DNA from: Candidatus Saccharimonadota bacterium
Lineage (GTDB): Bacteria > Patescibacteriota > Saccharimonadia > Saccharimonadales > Saccharimonadaceae
Reading direction: 5' to 3'
NCBI GenBank assembly: GCA_017464135.1
Contig: JAFUEB010000004.1
Location: 207,049 to 271,048, forward strand
Length of the DNA stretch: 64,000 nt
Below the pieces are notes generated by a model. It made no database searches. It was not told where the DNA came from and was given only the letters and a program-made list of their open reading frames with translations. A program made the position numbers and the translations under genes. Positions within the stretch are counted from its first letter, which is position 1; the number at the start of each line of letters is the position of its first letter. Shown here in pieces: positions 54,168 to 63,303 of this stretch.

Positions 54168-55415
54168 ATGAACGAAAATCCTGAGGGAACACCAAATCCC
54201 CTCAACCCAGCTCCAGCTGATGAGGCTAAAACCGATACGGCGCCAGTCGAACCAGCTCCAGCGGAAGCTCCCGCAGAAGCTCCGGCTCCGGCAGCAGAAG
54301 CCCCAGCAGATAATGCTCCGGCCCCTGTTTCAGAAGAACCGGCCGGCACTGTAGTAGAGCCAGTTAAAAAGAAGAAAACCGGACTTATCGTCCTCATTGT
54401 GATTCTAGTTCTAGCAATTATTGGTGGTGCAGTGGCAGCCATCCTCATCCTGAATCCATTTGGCAATGGCAACGGTGGTGGTAATGGCGGTGGCGACAAA
54501 GATGCTGTCTCCAAGGCAATTGTTAAATTGCTTTCTAGCACCGAAGGTCCAAAGAAGCTTGGCACCAAGGGTACCGTTGAAGTAACGGCTGGAAGCACAA
54601 GTATTCCATTCAAGACCATTGATGCGACCATTGATGCTGGCTACGATGTAGAAACCGGCAAGAGTTCTGGTGATGTGACTCTCGGTGTGGCATTCTCATC
54701 CACTGACGAGATTACTATCAAAGCAAGCGAGATGCTAGTCGATAAGAAACTCTATTTGAAGGCGACTACCGACAAAGAAGTCGATACTACCGATATTGAC
54801 GAAGATGATGCGACGGCTCAGTATTCACTCATGATTGCTTCTGTCATCAATATGCTTGGTGGGAAGTGGATTTCGATGTCGCTTACCGATGCCACTAGCG
54901 GTCTCCCAAGCGGTTCGACGAACGAAACTGCACAATGTCTCATCGAAGCAATGAAAGACACCAGTGGCAATAAGATTGATCTTGGTGGCATTTATCAAAA
55001 CAACAAGTTCGTCACCTCTTCAACTGATAGTCTCAAGATTTCCAAGAAGAATGACCCACTTTACAAGCTTGGTGTTGACTCCGAAAAGGCCGCGAGCTTC
55101 GTAAATGCAGTAGTTGATGAACTTGGTTCAAGTGATGCCGCTAAGTGTATCGACACTACATCTTCTGAGGAAGTAACTGCCGAGCAAATTAGCGAAATCG
55201 TGAATGAGCTTCCAGCCGTTTATGTAGAAGTAAACAGTGACTACAACTTCACCAGATTCTACACTAATTACACGGCGAGTGACGAAAGCCTAGGAATTAA
55301 AGTTGATCTCACCCTTAACTACAATCCAACCGTTGAAGCAACTGCTCCAAGTGATTCAATCAAACTCGAGGATCTCTTCAAGAGCATGTACCAAAATCCA
55401 AGCACTTTGGATTAA
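54168..55415 (+). CDS. Membrane-anchored exported hypothetical protein
   Basis: PA/E-rich cytoplasmic N-terminus, KKKK-TM, large S/T/D-rich external domain. Confidence 0.8.
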   Translation: MNENPEGTPNPLNPAPADEAKTDTAPVEPAPAEAPAEAPAPAAEAPADNAPAPVSEEPAGTVVEPVKKKKTGLIVLIVILVLAIIGGAVAAILILNPFGNGNGGGNGGGDKDAVSKAIVKLLSSTEGPKKLGTKGTVEVTAGSTSIPFKTIDATIDAGYDVETGKSSGDVTLGVAFSSTDEITIKASEMLVDKKLYLKATTDKEVDTTDIDEDDATAQYSLMIASVINMLGGKWISMSLTDATSGLPSGSTNETAQCLIEAMKDTSGNKIDLGGIYQNNKFVTSSTDSLKISKKNDPLYKLGVDSEKAASFVNAVVDELGSSDAAKCIDTTSSEEVTAEQISEIVNELPAVYVEVNSDYNFTRFYTNYTASDESLGIKVDLTLNYNPTVEATAPSDSIKLEDLFKSMYQNPSTLD

Positions 55416-55459
55416 AACGTTAAGCTTTACATTTCTTAAATATGTTATATAATTAAGAA

Positions 55460-56716
55460 ATGGACGAGAGGCTAAAACAGAAACTCAGTAAACTCCCGGA
55501 CAGCCCGGGAGTTTATTTTCATAAAAACGCCAGTGGCGAGATTATTTATGTTGGCAAGGCAGCGGTTCTAAAAAACCGAGTGCGCCAATACTTCCAGAAG
55601 TCGAAAAAGGATGTAAAAACCGAGGCCTTGGTGGCCGAAATCTACGATACTGATTGGATTACGGTCGATACGGAGATGGATGCACTGTTTCTTGAATCCG
55701 AAATGATTAAGCGTTATATGCCGAAGTGGAATATCTTGCTTCGCGATGATAAGACTGTAAGCTACGTGCGGATTTCGATGCAAGAAGAAGTGCCAGATGT
55801 GTCGTTTACGAGAAATCCACTCGATGATAAAGCCACTTACATCGGGCCGTTTTATGGCAAATCGGTGGTGGAGAAGTCCGTCCGGATGCTTCGTCGGATT
55901 TTCCCGTATTACACGAAGCCGTATGATGGCAAAAAATCCCTCGATACGGATCTCGGCCTTACGCCGGGGGTTGAAATTGGCAAATGTACGCCAAAAGATT
56001 ATAAAAGAAATTTGCGCAAATTAATTCGTTACTTAAATGGCGAACGCGAAGGGCTACTAAAAGAACTCGAGAAAACGATGTATGATGAGGCATCAAAGGG
56101 GAATTATGAGCTCGCTGCGGAAGCCCGCGATCAACTATTTGGCCTTAAAGAATTAAAGAAAAAGATTGTCTTCTCGGATAAAGAATTCCTCGACATTTCT
56201 TCGGACCAGGCACTGAAATCCCTGCAGGAATTATTGGGCTTAGACGAGCCACCGCGCCGGATTGAAGGTTATGATATTTCACACCAATCTGGGACTAATA
56301 CGGTGGCAAGTATGGTGGTGTTTCTTAATGGTGCGTCGGCACGCAGTGAATATCGCAAATTCAAAATCCGTACTAGCACGAATGATGATTTGAAGAGCAT
56401 GCAGGAAGTAATTTCGAGGCGCTTGAAACACGAGGAATGGGATTTCCCAAGCCTGATTGTGCTGGATGGTGGTATTGGACAAGTAAACGCGATTTTGCCA
56501 CTCGTGGAGCCATTTAACATTCCAGTGATTGGGCGTGATAAGTCTGGCGATCACTCGAAATCGGCTGGCGTAAAGATTATCGTGCCAGGTAAAGGTATCG
56601 TGAAACTAAGCCAAAATTCACACATTGCTAGGTTGATTGCGCGGATTGATGAAGAGTCGCACCGGTTTGCAATCACTTATCATTCACTCCTTAAACGCAA
56701 GGGTATGCTGAAGTAA
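55460..56716 (+). CDS. uvrC: Excinuclease ABC subunit C (short, lacks C-terminal HhH)
   Basis: PGVY..IIYVGKA..L..RV GIY-YIG, UVR YELAAEARD, RIEGYDISH, LDGG, DEESHRFAI. Confidence 0.92.
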   Translation: MDERLKQKLSKLPDSPGVYFHKNASGEIIYVGKAAVLKNRVRQYFQKSKKDVKTEALVAEIYDTDWITVDTEMDALFLESEMIKRYMPKWNILLRDDKTVSYVRISMQEEVPDVSFTRNPLDDKATYIGPFYGKSVVEKSVRMLRRIFPYYTKPYDGKKSLDTDLGLTPGVEIGKCTPKDYKRNLRKLIRYLNGEREGLLKELEKTMYDEASKGNYELAAEARDQLFGLKELKKKIVFSDKEFLDISSDQALKSLQELLGLDEPPRRIEGYDISHQSGTNTVASMVVFLNGASARSEYRKFKIRTSTNDDLKSMQEVISRRLKHEEWDFPSLIVLDGGIGQVNAILPLVEPFNIPVIGRDKSGDHSKSAGVKIIVPGKGIVKLSQNSHIARLIARIDEESHRFAITYHSLLKRKGMLK

Positions 56717-56771
56717 GTTTGCTTTACTTTTCTTGGATTTTCCTTTATAATTGATAGTACTAGGAGTTATC

Positions 56772-56999
56772 ATGCAAATAGGAAGTTTTCTAGAAGTAGT
56801 TATATTAATCTCAGCCTTTCTTACAATCGTTCTGGTCTTGTTGCAATCCCGCGGAGCATCACTAGGCGCCGGATTTGGTAGCTCAGGAGAGCTTTATACG
56901 ACCCGTCGTGGCCTTGAGAAGTCGCTTTTCGTCACGACCATTGTAACGTCTGTCATCTTTGTTTCGTCGATTTTAGGATTATTATTAATTCCAGCATAA
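56772..56999 (+). CDS. secG: Preprotein translocase subunit SecG
   Basis: VLLQSRGASLGAGFG, RRGLEK, two TMs; AGGAG SD. Confidence 0.9.
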   Translation: MQIGSFLEVVILISAFLTIVLVLLQSRGASLGAGFGSSGELYTTRRGLEKSLFVTTIVTSVIFVSSILGLLLIPA

Positions 57000-57000
57000 T

Positions 57001-58737
57001 ATGGCAAATTCACTCAAAAAGCGTGGGCAAAAAATAGTTCGGAAGTTTTCTCGCATTTCGGTGAAAGCCCGCGAGGAAGGGAAAGAGCACATCAAGGAAA
57101 ACTTGATTGCAAGGGTTTCTCATATCCGTGATATCAAACTGCTCATTTGGGAGTGGTGTTTACTCGTGGCTGGGCTCGTAATGCTCGCCGTGACGCAGGC
57201 TTTTTGGTCTGGTTCGTCGTATGCCCAGGATGTATTTGTGAATGGCGGTAGCTATACAGAAGCTACTATTGGCGCAGTAAACTCGTTAAACCCACTGTTT
57301 GCGACGACTAATAGCGAAAGAGTCTTAAGTAAATTGATGTTCTCAACGTTGACGGCCGTAGATTATTCCGGCAATATCGGCATGGGACTCCTCGAATCTT
57401 TGACGCCGGACGATAATGGCAAGGTCTGGAAGGCCGTGCTTCGCCATGGCCTCAAGTGGTCTGACGGTGAATTTATTTCAAATGATGATATCTTGTATAC
57501 GATTTCGCTTTTGCAGAACCCGGCAGTGAGCACGATTTATTCATCAAGTATGCGTAATGTAAAAGTGAAGGAAGAAGAGGACGCCTCGATTACCTTTACT
57601 TTGCCTTCGGCTTATGCAGACTTTGCGAGCGCGCTCGACTTTCCGATTGTGCCACGCCACGCACTTGAGGATACACCAGCCAATGCTTTGATTGAGGATG
57701 AATTCTCACAAACACCGGTAGTGTCTGGGCCATTCATGTTTAATGCGACTCAGAAAAATACGATCGGTGACGACGTGACGGTATTTTTGTCGGCGAACCC
57801 ATATTATTATCGTGGTAAAGCGATGCTAAACAGCTTTGCAGTGCACGCTTATAGCGATAAGGATGCCGTGGTGAATGCACTAAATTCCGGCGCCGTGACG
57901 GCAACGGCCGAACTCTCTGGCCCGGAAGCCGACCGCGTAACTTCTGATAGCTTTATCCGCACCGACCAAAGCATCAATTCTGGCGCTTTCATGTTCTTTA
58001 ATATGACAAGCGACGGCGTGAAGAATAAAGAACTTCGTAAAGCAATTCGCCAAGGTCTCGATCTCATCAATGTGCGCACGAGCGCCCCAGGTGCCGTGAT
58101 GCTAGATTATCCTTTGATTGATTCGCAGATTAAACTCACGAACTATCCAAAGATTCCGGCTTACGATTTTGACGCCGCGAAGGAAAAGATTACCGAACTC
58201 GCGGGCGAGAACACGATTAATCTTAACATCGCCACGGTGAATTCTGGCTATCTACCGGCTGTCGCAGAGAGTATTAAGGCCCAACTTGAATTACTTGGTA
58301 TTGATGCGACGGTGACCACCTACGAAGAGACGCAGGATTTCGTCGGGAATGTGATTGCGAAGCGTAATTACGATATCCTGGTTTATGAAGTAGAACTCGG
58401 TGCCGATCCGGATCTTTTGCCATACTATCACTCAACGCAGGCTTCGACATCAGGATTAAACCTGTCTAATTATAAGAATGCGATTGTAGACGATTTGTTG
58501 ATTGGTGCAAGGGAAACGCTTGATGAAACGCTTCGGATTAGGAAGTACGAATCATTCCTAAACTACTGGGTTGATGACGTGCCAGCAATTGGTTTATACC
58601 AAGCGAATATGACCTATATCTACAACAAGAATACGCGGGCGTTTGGCAATAACGTGACGCTCGTAACGCCGCTTGATCGTTTCTCGGATGTGACAACCTA
58701 TGCTGCAACGAAGGCTACTAAAAACAAGACACCATAA
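57001..58737 (+). CDS. ABC peptide/nickel-type substrate-binding protein (family 5)
   Basis: SLNPLFA, LKWSDG, SGPF, LRKAI, DPDL..YHS, NLSNY; follows secG. Confidence 0.85.
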   Translation: MANSLKKRGQKIVRKFSRISVKAREEGKEHIKENLIARVSHIRDIKLLIWEWCLLVAGLVMLAVTQAFWSGSSYAQDVFVNGGSYTEATIGAVNSLNPLFATTNSERVLSKLMFSTLTAVDYSGNIGMGLLESLTPDDNGKVWKAVLRHGLKWSDGEFISNDDILYTISLLQNPAVSTIYSSSMRNVKVKEEEDASITFTLPSAYADFASALDFPIVPRHALEDTPANALIEDEFSQTPVVSGPFMFNATQKNTIGDDVTVFLSANPYYYRGKAMLNSFAVHAYSDKDAVVNALNSGAVTATAELSGPEADRVTSDSFIRTDQSINSGAFMFFNMTSDGVKNKELRKAIRQGLDLINVRTSAPGAVMLDYPLIDSQIKLTNYPKIPAYDFDAAKEKITELAGENTINLNIATVNSGYLPAVAESIKAQLELLGIDATVTTYEETQDFVGNVIAKRNYDILVYEVELGADPDLLPYYHSTQASTSGLNLSNYKNAIVDDLLIGARETLDETLRIRKYESFLNYWVDDVPAIGLYQANMTYIYNKNTRAFGNNVTLVTPLDRFSDVTTYAATKATKNKTP

Positions 58738-59168
58738 TGGACCAAGAACCGGAAGATTGGGAAGAAAAGAAGCGAATCAAGGCTGAAATTAGAAAAGCCG
58801 AGATGGCGGGTGACCAAGAAAACAAAGGCAATCTAACGCATCTTGGAGCGGAAGAATTCGCCGCTAGAAAAGGTTTTTCTCGGGAGCCTGAGGATTTTAG
58901 ACGGAGCGGAGAGAAACTCTCAGATGGCGCCGCCGCGTTAGCTGTACTGGGGCTACTCGGCGCTATGATTATGAAATTTGCTATAGGTGGAGGCTTGGTT
59001 GTCTTCGATATAATAATTGGAGCGGCGGGAGTACTTGGAGCGGCTGGTGTGGTCGCGGTGGTTATTTATCATCAGCAAACTGGTAAGAATTTAAAACACG
59101 TCTTAAGTGCATCAATCCTTTCAATTATTATTGCGTTGATTTGGATATTTATTAGACCATGGATTTAA
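58737..59168 (+). CDS. Hypothetical 3-TM membrane protein
   Basis: Coupled to upstream gene; three hydrophobic helices. Confidence 0.7.
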   Translation: MDQEPEDWEEKKRIKAEIRKAEMAGDQENKGNLTHLGAEEFAARKGFSREPEDFRRSGEKLSDGAAALAVLGLLGAMIMKFAIGGGLVVFDIIIGAAGVLGAAGVVAVVIYHQQTGKNLKHVLSASILSIIIALIWIFIRPWI

Positions 59169-59230
59169 TGTTCTAGCCTTCAGCCCAGAATATTGCACAA
59201 AAACAAAAAAATGTGATATAATATTGTCAT

Positions 59231-59321
59231 GCGCCTGTGGTGGAATTGGTAGACACGCTACCTTGAGGTGGTAGTGGCCACATTCACGGCTGTGCTAGTT
59301 CGAGTCTAGTCAGGCGCACCA
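59231..59321 (+). tRNA. tRNA-Leu(GAG)
   Basis: GCGCCTG/CAGGCGC acceptor stem, CTACC-tTGAGgt-GGTAG anticodon arm, long variable arm, GTTCGAGT, CCA. Confidence 0.95.
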
Positions 59322-59364
59322 AACCTAGTTCTGTTCTTAAGAGCCTGGTTAAAGACGTTTTCAA

Positions 59365-59398
59365 GAGGTTTCTTCCATCTGAAGGAGACCTCATTTTT
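59365..59398 (+). terminator. Intrinsic terminator after tRNA-Leu
   Basis: GAGGTTTCTTC/GAAGGAGACCTC stem plus T-run. Confidence 0.65.
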
Positions 59399-59499
59399 GT
59401 TGTTAATTTCTAGGTTCGTAACCAGTTTTCATACTAACTGGTCCTTTTGCCATGCTGACCTCGTTCCTTTTGAGGTTGCGCCATAAGGGCGGTATGGAG

Positions 59500-60216
59500 T
59501 TATGCTAATGGAGCGTAAATATGATTCTTTGGCTCTTCTTTGATTGATTCGTATGGGATATACTCGCCGTCAGCACGATCTTTCCATGGCTTTTGTGAAT
59601 GGGTAAAGTTTACAATTTCGGACGTTCGTTTATCTTTCCAGTACTTACAAATCTTATCGATGATACTTTTTTCATTATCACTTAAAGCTGAAGGATCTAC
59701 TTCTTCATTTGTGCTAGAAATAGAAATCATCTGGGCATAATCAAGAATATCAATGTTGATTTTGCCTTTATCGAACAACTTATCAGTTAGCACGAAGAAC
59801 TTTTCGGCTACTGGACCATAGTCTAATTTGTAGTATTTTGCGCCACTCATTGAATGATCGGTTTCGTAATAATTGGTGAAATCTACGAGATACAAAAGTT
59901 TTGCGAGCTTTGTTTTTGGAACTCCATTTTCAAAATGGTTTTTAAGAATATAGTAGTAAATCTGCTTTAATTTTTCTTCGGACTCTTTATTGGCTTCCTC
60001 GGATGGCAGAGTCAGATCAGAAAGAGAAACACCGAGTTTGCCGCAAATAATACCTAGTTCATCAATATTGAGCTTTCTTTTGCCGGACTCAATATTAATA
60101 TATGTAGCACGATTAATATCAAGAGCCTTTGCCATTTGCTCCTGTGTTAGATGTTTGGCGACACGAATATCACGTATTTTATTGACTATTGTATCGTTAT
60201 CTCCCATTTGACTCAC
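59500..60216 (-). CDS. XRE-HTH fused to DUF4065 (Panacea/SocA-like) domain
   Basis: IR..R....LTQEQMA..L...R.TY..IESG HTH; KTKLAKLLYLVDF, YGPV, TH.QKPW. Confidence 0.85.
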   Translation of the reverse strand: MSQMGDNDTIVNKIRDIRVAKHLTQEQMAKALDINRATYINIESGKRKLNIDELGIICGKLGVSLSDLTLPSEEANKESEEKLKQIYYYILKNHFENGVPKTKLAKLLYLVDFTNYYETDHSMSGAKYYKLDYGPVAEKFFVLTDKLFDKGKINIDILDYAQMISISSTNEEVDPSALSDNEKSIIDKICKYWKDKRTSEIVNFTHSQKPWKDRADGEYIPYESIKEEPKNHIYAPLA

Positions 60217-60354
60217 CTTTCGTTACCTCCATTATAAGTGTTGTGTTTGTTTTAGTCAATGCTTCGAGCATCATTTTGTCGCATATCACCACCTTATTAT
60301 AACGCTTATGTTAAAGAATTACAACATTTTTAATATATTTCGTGTGGTTTATTA

Positions 60355-60383
60355 TTGACATTATTCTGTTGGACTGATAGAAT
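60355..60383 (+). promoter_or_regulatory. Sigma70 promoter of DUF4417 operon
   Basis: TTGACA-17-TAGAAT with extended TG. Confidence 0.6.
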
Positions 60384-60622
60384 TAAAGTAGGTTGTGGAG
60401 GTAATCCCAACATAAAAAAGTACATTACACTAGCGTGGCTCCGACACATTAGTGTAGAGCCAACAAAAAATGCGTACTTATGTACCTGATCGGAAAATCT
60501 GACATAAGTACGCGAGAAGAGACGTATTACACATCTGTTCCTTTTTGATTGTAACATAGTTTCTTCTCTTACGCAAGCGTAAGGTCTTTAACAATATTAA
60601 CTTTAAAGATAAAGGAGACTCT

Positions 60623-61327
60623 ATGTCTGCTAAGTCAAAAAAGAGGCTAATCATTAATGATGGCTTCAATCCAGAACTCGCTGAAGGTGCCGAATTTGAG
60701 GGGCTTTTCCAATTTCCGGTTATCGAACCGACAAAAGAAATTGTCTACCCGAAATACCTGGTGCCGTTCTCCGAGCGCAACAAAATTACTAACCCTAAAG
60801 AAGCGTTCGTGGTCTTTTACGAACACGACGATAAGTTTGCCGATATTATTAGAAATCCCGATAAATATATCGACGACTTGAAACGCTTTGCCGGCGTAAT
60901 CTCGCCAGACAACTCACTCTATCGCGATATTCCTCTGGCCGTTCAGGTTGCTAATATCTATCGCAATAGACTGATTGGCTGCTTCTTACAAAGGAATGGT
61001 ATTCCGGTAATCGCTAACCTGCGTTGGGGTGATAGGCGTACCTATGGCAAAGAATTATTTGGCGAGGCGATTACATTCTCGTCCGTGCCAAAACATAGCG
61101 TCGTAGCTGTAGGATGTTATGGCTGCATTCGTGGTGAGGAGAATAAGAAGTACTTTATTGATGGCTTTCTTGCTATGCTGGGCGAGCTTGGGCCGGAAGC
61201 TGTGATTATCTATGGCAAACTACCGGATGATATCATCGAGCTACTTCGCATCAAGACCAAACTGATTATCTATAATGACTGGACTTCGGTTCGCCATGGA
61301 AAGGACTCGATCTATGGGCAGTGGTAG
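60623..61327 (+). CDS. DUF4417 family protein
   Basis: VFYEHDDKF, ISPDNSLYRDIP, NIYRNR, GIPVIANLRWGD, VAVGCYGC, VIIYG; AAGGAG SD. Confidence 0.8.
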   Translation: MSAKSKKRLIINDGFNPELAEGAEFEGLFQFPVIEPTKEIVYPKYLVPFSERNKITNPKEAFVVFYEHDDKFADIIRNPDKYIDDLKRFAGVISPDNSLYRDIPLAVQVANIYRNRLIGCFLQRNGIPVIANLRWGDRRTYGKELFGEAITFSSVPKHSVVAVGCYGCIRGEENKKYFIDGFLAMLGELGPEAVIIYGKLPDDIIELLRIKTKLIIYNDWTSVRHGKDSIYGQW

Positions 61328-61790
61328 AAGTGGCCTATACTCAAGCCTCGCTCAGTCCGTGAGCGGACGAGCTAGCATTAGTATCCCAGCTAGCACGATT
61401 ACGCACGCATCAATTGGCGAGTATCCAAATAATGCTAATAGATTAAAGTCTGGTGGCCATAGCCAAGCCAATATAGAAGAAATGGAACGCCGTGGCATTA
61501 AATATGTAATAAAGAAAACATTCCCAAACGGCGTGAGGCTAGGCTATGTACCGAACCACTACGAGAAGAGAAGGCAGGGCTTAGGCAAAAATCAAATTGG
61601 GCAACTTTGGTTCCCTAAAAGCTGGACCGAGGGCGATATTCGCAAGGCTGGCAAGGCGGTGCTAAAAGCTTACAAAGGCAGAATCAAAAACGGCTCTATG
61701 GTAACTGGATGGTATAATGGTGTTAAGGTCGGCATCATTGTGCGCAACCGTCAAATTAAAACAATTTTCCCGACCAAAGAACAGGAGTAA
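61314..61790 (+). CDS. Bacterial EndoU-like RNase toxin with short MGSGRSGLY leader
   Basis: THASIG...SGGHSQ, NGVR.G, WFPKSW..DI, G.YNGVKVG, TIFP; overlaps DUF4417 stop. Confidence 0.75.
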   Translation: MGSGRSGLYSSLAQSVSGRASISIPASTITHASIGEYPNNANRLKSGGHSQANIEEMERRGIKYVIKKTFPNGVRLGYVPNHYEKRRQGLGKNQIGQLWFPKSWTEGDIRKAGKAVLKAYKGRIKNGSMVTGWYNGVKVGIIVRNRQIKTIFPTKEQE

Positions 61791-61793
61791 TCC

Positions 61794-62162
61794 ATGGAAG
61801 AATTTAAGAAAAGAATCGAACCAATCTTAGAGGAACATCTAACACTTGATCGTAAGTGTGAAGAAGATCATTATTATGATTTTGATGCCTATGAGCGTGA
61901 TATAATCTGGGGGAAAGAGAAAGAAGCGCTTTCTGGCGTGAAGTTCGAAGACGTTATTGCATATCTCGATACTATAGATTCCGCCGAAAAGCTCGGGGCT
62001 TTAAGTGAGGGGTTCTACGATAATATAGCGAATGAAGTATATGGCAATAAGAGACAAGAGGTCCTCGAATGTTTTAAGAGAAACAATAAACGTTTGGGTG
62101 CTGATTTGGACGAGTTTTTAGAAGCAATGGAAACCCATAATTGGGACTACAAAGAAGAGTAG
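61794..62162 (+). CDS. Putative immunity protein of the EndoU toxin
   Basis: Acidic 122-aa helical ORF 3 nt after toxin stop, SD inside toxin 3' end. Confidence 0.6.
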   Translation: MEEFKKRIEPILEEHLTLDRKCEEDHYYDFDAYERDIIWGKEKEALSGVKFEDVIAYLDTIDSAEKLGALSEGFYDNIANEVYGNKRQEVLECFKRNNKRLGADLDEFLEAMETHNWDYKEE

Positions 62163-62366
62163 TCGGTTCCTGTATAATAGCTCCGTTATTAGCGGAGCTA
62201 TTTTTTTGTCGTTATTTTTCACGACATCCGCTATATGAAACTTTTGTTCTTTTGGTGGTAATTTCTGATCTTCTATAACCATATCGAGCAGACAATTGGC
62301 TAGTCTGGTCATTCGCGCTATATCTTCTTCGGTTGGTTGATATTCGTCTTTCTTTTGTTTAGCCAT
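62118..62366 (-). CDS. Small hypothetical protein
   Basis: AAGGA SD; protein-like first ~55 aa, tail overlaps immunity gene. Confidence 0.45.
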   Translation of the reverse strand: MAKQKKDEYQPTEEDIARMTRLANCLLDMVIEDQKLPPKEQKFHIADVVKNNDKKIAPLITELLYRNRLLFFVVPIMGFHCF

Positions 62367-62469
62367 TTATGTTCCTTTGTTATGTTATTATTCTAATTTT
62401 TTCAATGACATTGTAGGAATAAGTTATTCCTTTACATTGGTTCAATGTTCATTTCCTTGTGATCCCTAA

Positions 62470-62634
62470 TCAGAACGTAACATCTACTAAAACAGGGTAG
62501 TCCTTCTTCGGTATGACCTTTGTCTTAGGGTTGTATTCCGGATGCTCAAACATCCAATCAATCACATTATAGAGGCGGCGCGTTATCTCGTCTGCTGCAT
62601 CAATAAGTTCTCTGCAACGTTCGCCACAATAGCG
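62470..62634 (-). pseudogene. 5'-truncated gene fragment
   Basis: Open frame RYCGERCRELIDAADEITRRLYNVIDWMFEHPEYNPKTKVIPKKDYPVLVDVTF* preceded by an in-frame TAG. Confidence 0.4.
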
Positions 62635-62774
62635 CTAAGCCATATCTACATATGCATACATATAGCGGAAAGGATAGGCCGGAGCCCATGCCAATCACTA
62701 ATACAAAAGGTGATATAATCAATAAGAGCCTATACGAAAAGTATAAGGGATTCTTGAAAGGAATTAAGCTATGA
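62631..62774 (+). pseudogene. Orphan toxin C-terminal fragment (HxH-type)
   Basis: SAKPYLHMHTYSGKDRPEPMPIT...LYEKYKGFLKGIKL*, N-terminus missing, ATGA-coupled to next gene. Confidence 0.5.
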
Positions 62775-63049
62775 CAGAAGCTCAAGAAAAAGCGAAAAAA
62801 GAATATCTGGAAGTCTTAGGATATGGTGGCGAAATTGAATTCAATTACAATGGTTTCTTTTATCATATTGAACCAGATTACAAAAAAGAAGATACTTATA
62901 ATATTTGGAAGTTTGCCGACGAATACGAAGGTGGCGGAGAAATGATTGCGACCTGTTCGCCAGCCGTATCGATTCTAGAGGAGAAGGCTTTCGATGGCAA
63001 AACTATTCTCGAAATCGAGGATGATATGACAGGTTGCGCTTTGAGGTAA
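62771..63049 (+). CDS. Putative orphan immunity protein
   Basis: Acidic 92 aa, GGEIEFNYNG..YHI...FDGKTILEI. Confidence 0.65.
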   Translation: MTEAQEKAKKEYLEVLGYGGEIEFNYNGFFYHIEPDYKKEDTYNIWKFADEYEGGGEMIATCSPAVSILEEKAFDGKTILEIEDDMTGCALR

Positions 63050-63175
63050 CAAAATGACAGAATGTATCCTTCATTAATATAGGCAGTTGTATTAATAGCT
63101 CTGCGCACAACAGAGCTATTTTTGATGGTTCGTTTACGAGCTTTCTGCTTCAGATATTCTAGCATTATCTTTCAT
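63050..63175 (-). pseudogene. Possible decayed serine-recombinase N-terminus
   Basis: ATGA-coupled start; frameshifted MKDNARIS / KQKARKRTIKN / AYINEGY resembles YxRxS..Q...Y.DEG. Confidence 0.25.
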
Positions 63176-63303
63176 TTCAATTCCTTATTCTTTTTCTGGG
63201 CATGATAAAGGTCGATTATAATCCTCGCAAACTCATCCAACTCTCTCCGGGCTTGCTCTGGTAGCTCATAATAACTGATTGCTGATACTGTTTTCTTTTC
63301 CAT
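63172..63303 (-). CDS. Small protein (43 aa)
   Basis: AAGGAG SD; MEKKTVSAISYYELPEQARRELDEFARIIIDLYHAQKKNKELK. Confidence 0.5.
   Translation of the reverse strand: MEKKTVSAISYYELPEQARRELDEFARIIIDLYHAQKKNKELK

Noticed and set aside
60330-60669. Minus-strand ORFs 60330-60557 and 60478-60669
   Set aside because: No SD or protein-like features; they lie antisense to the operon promoter and leader.
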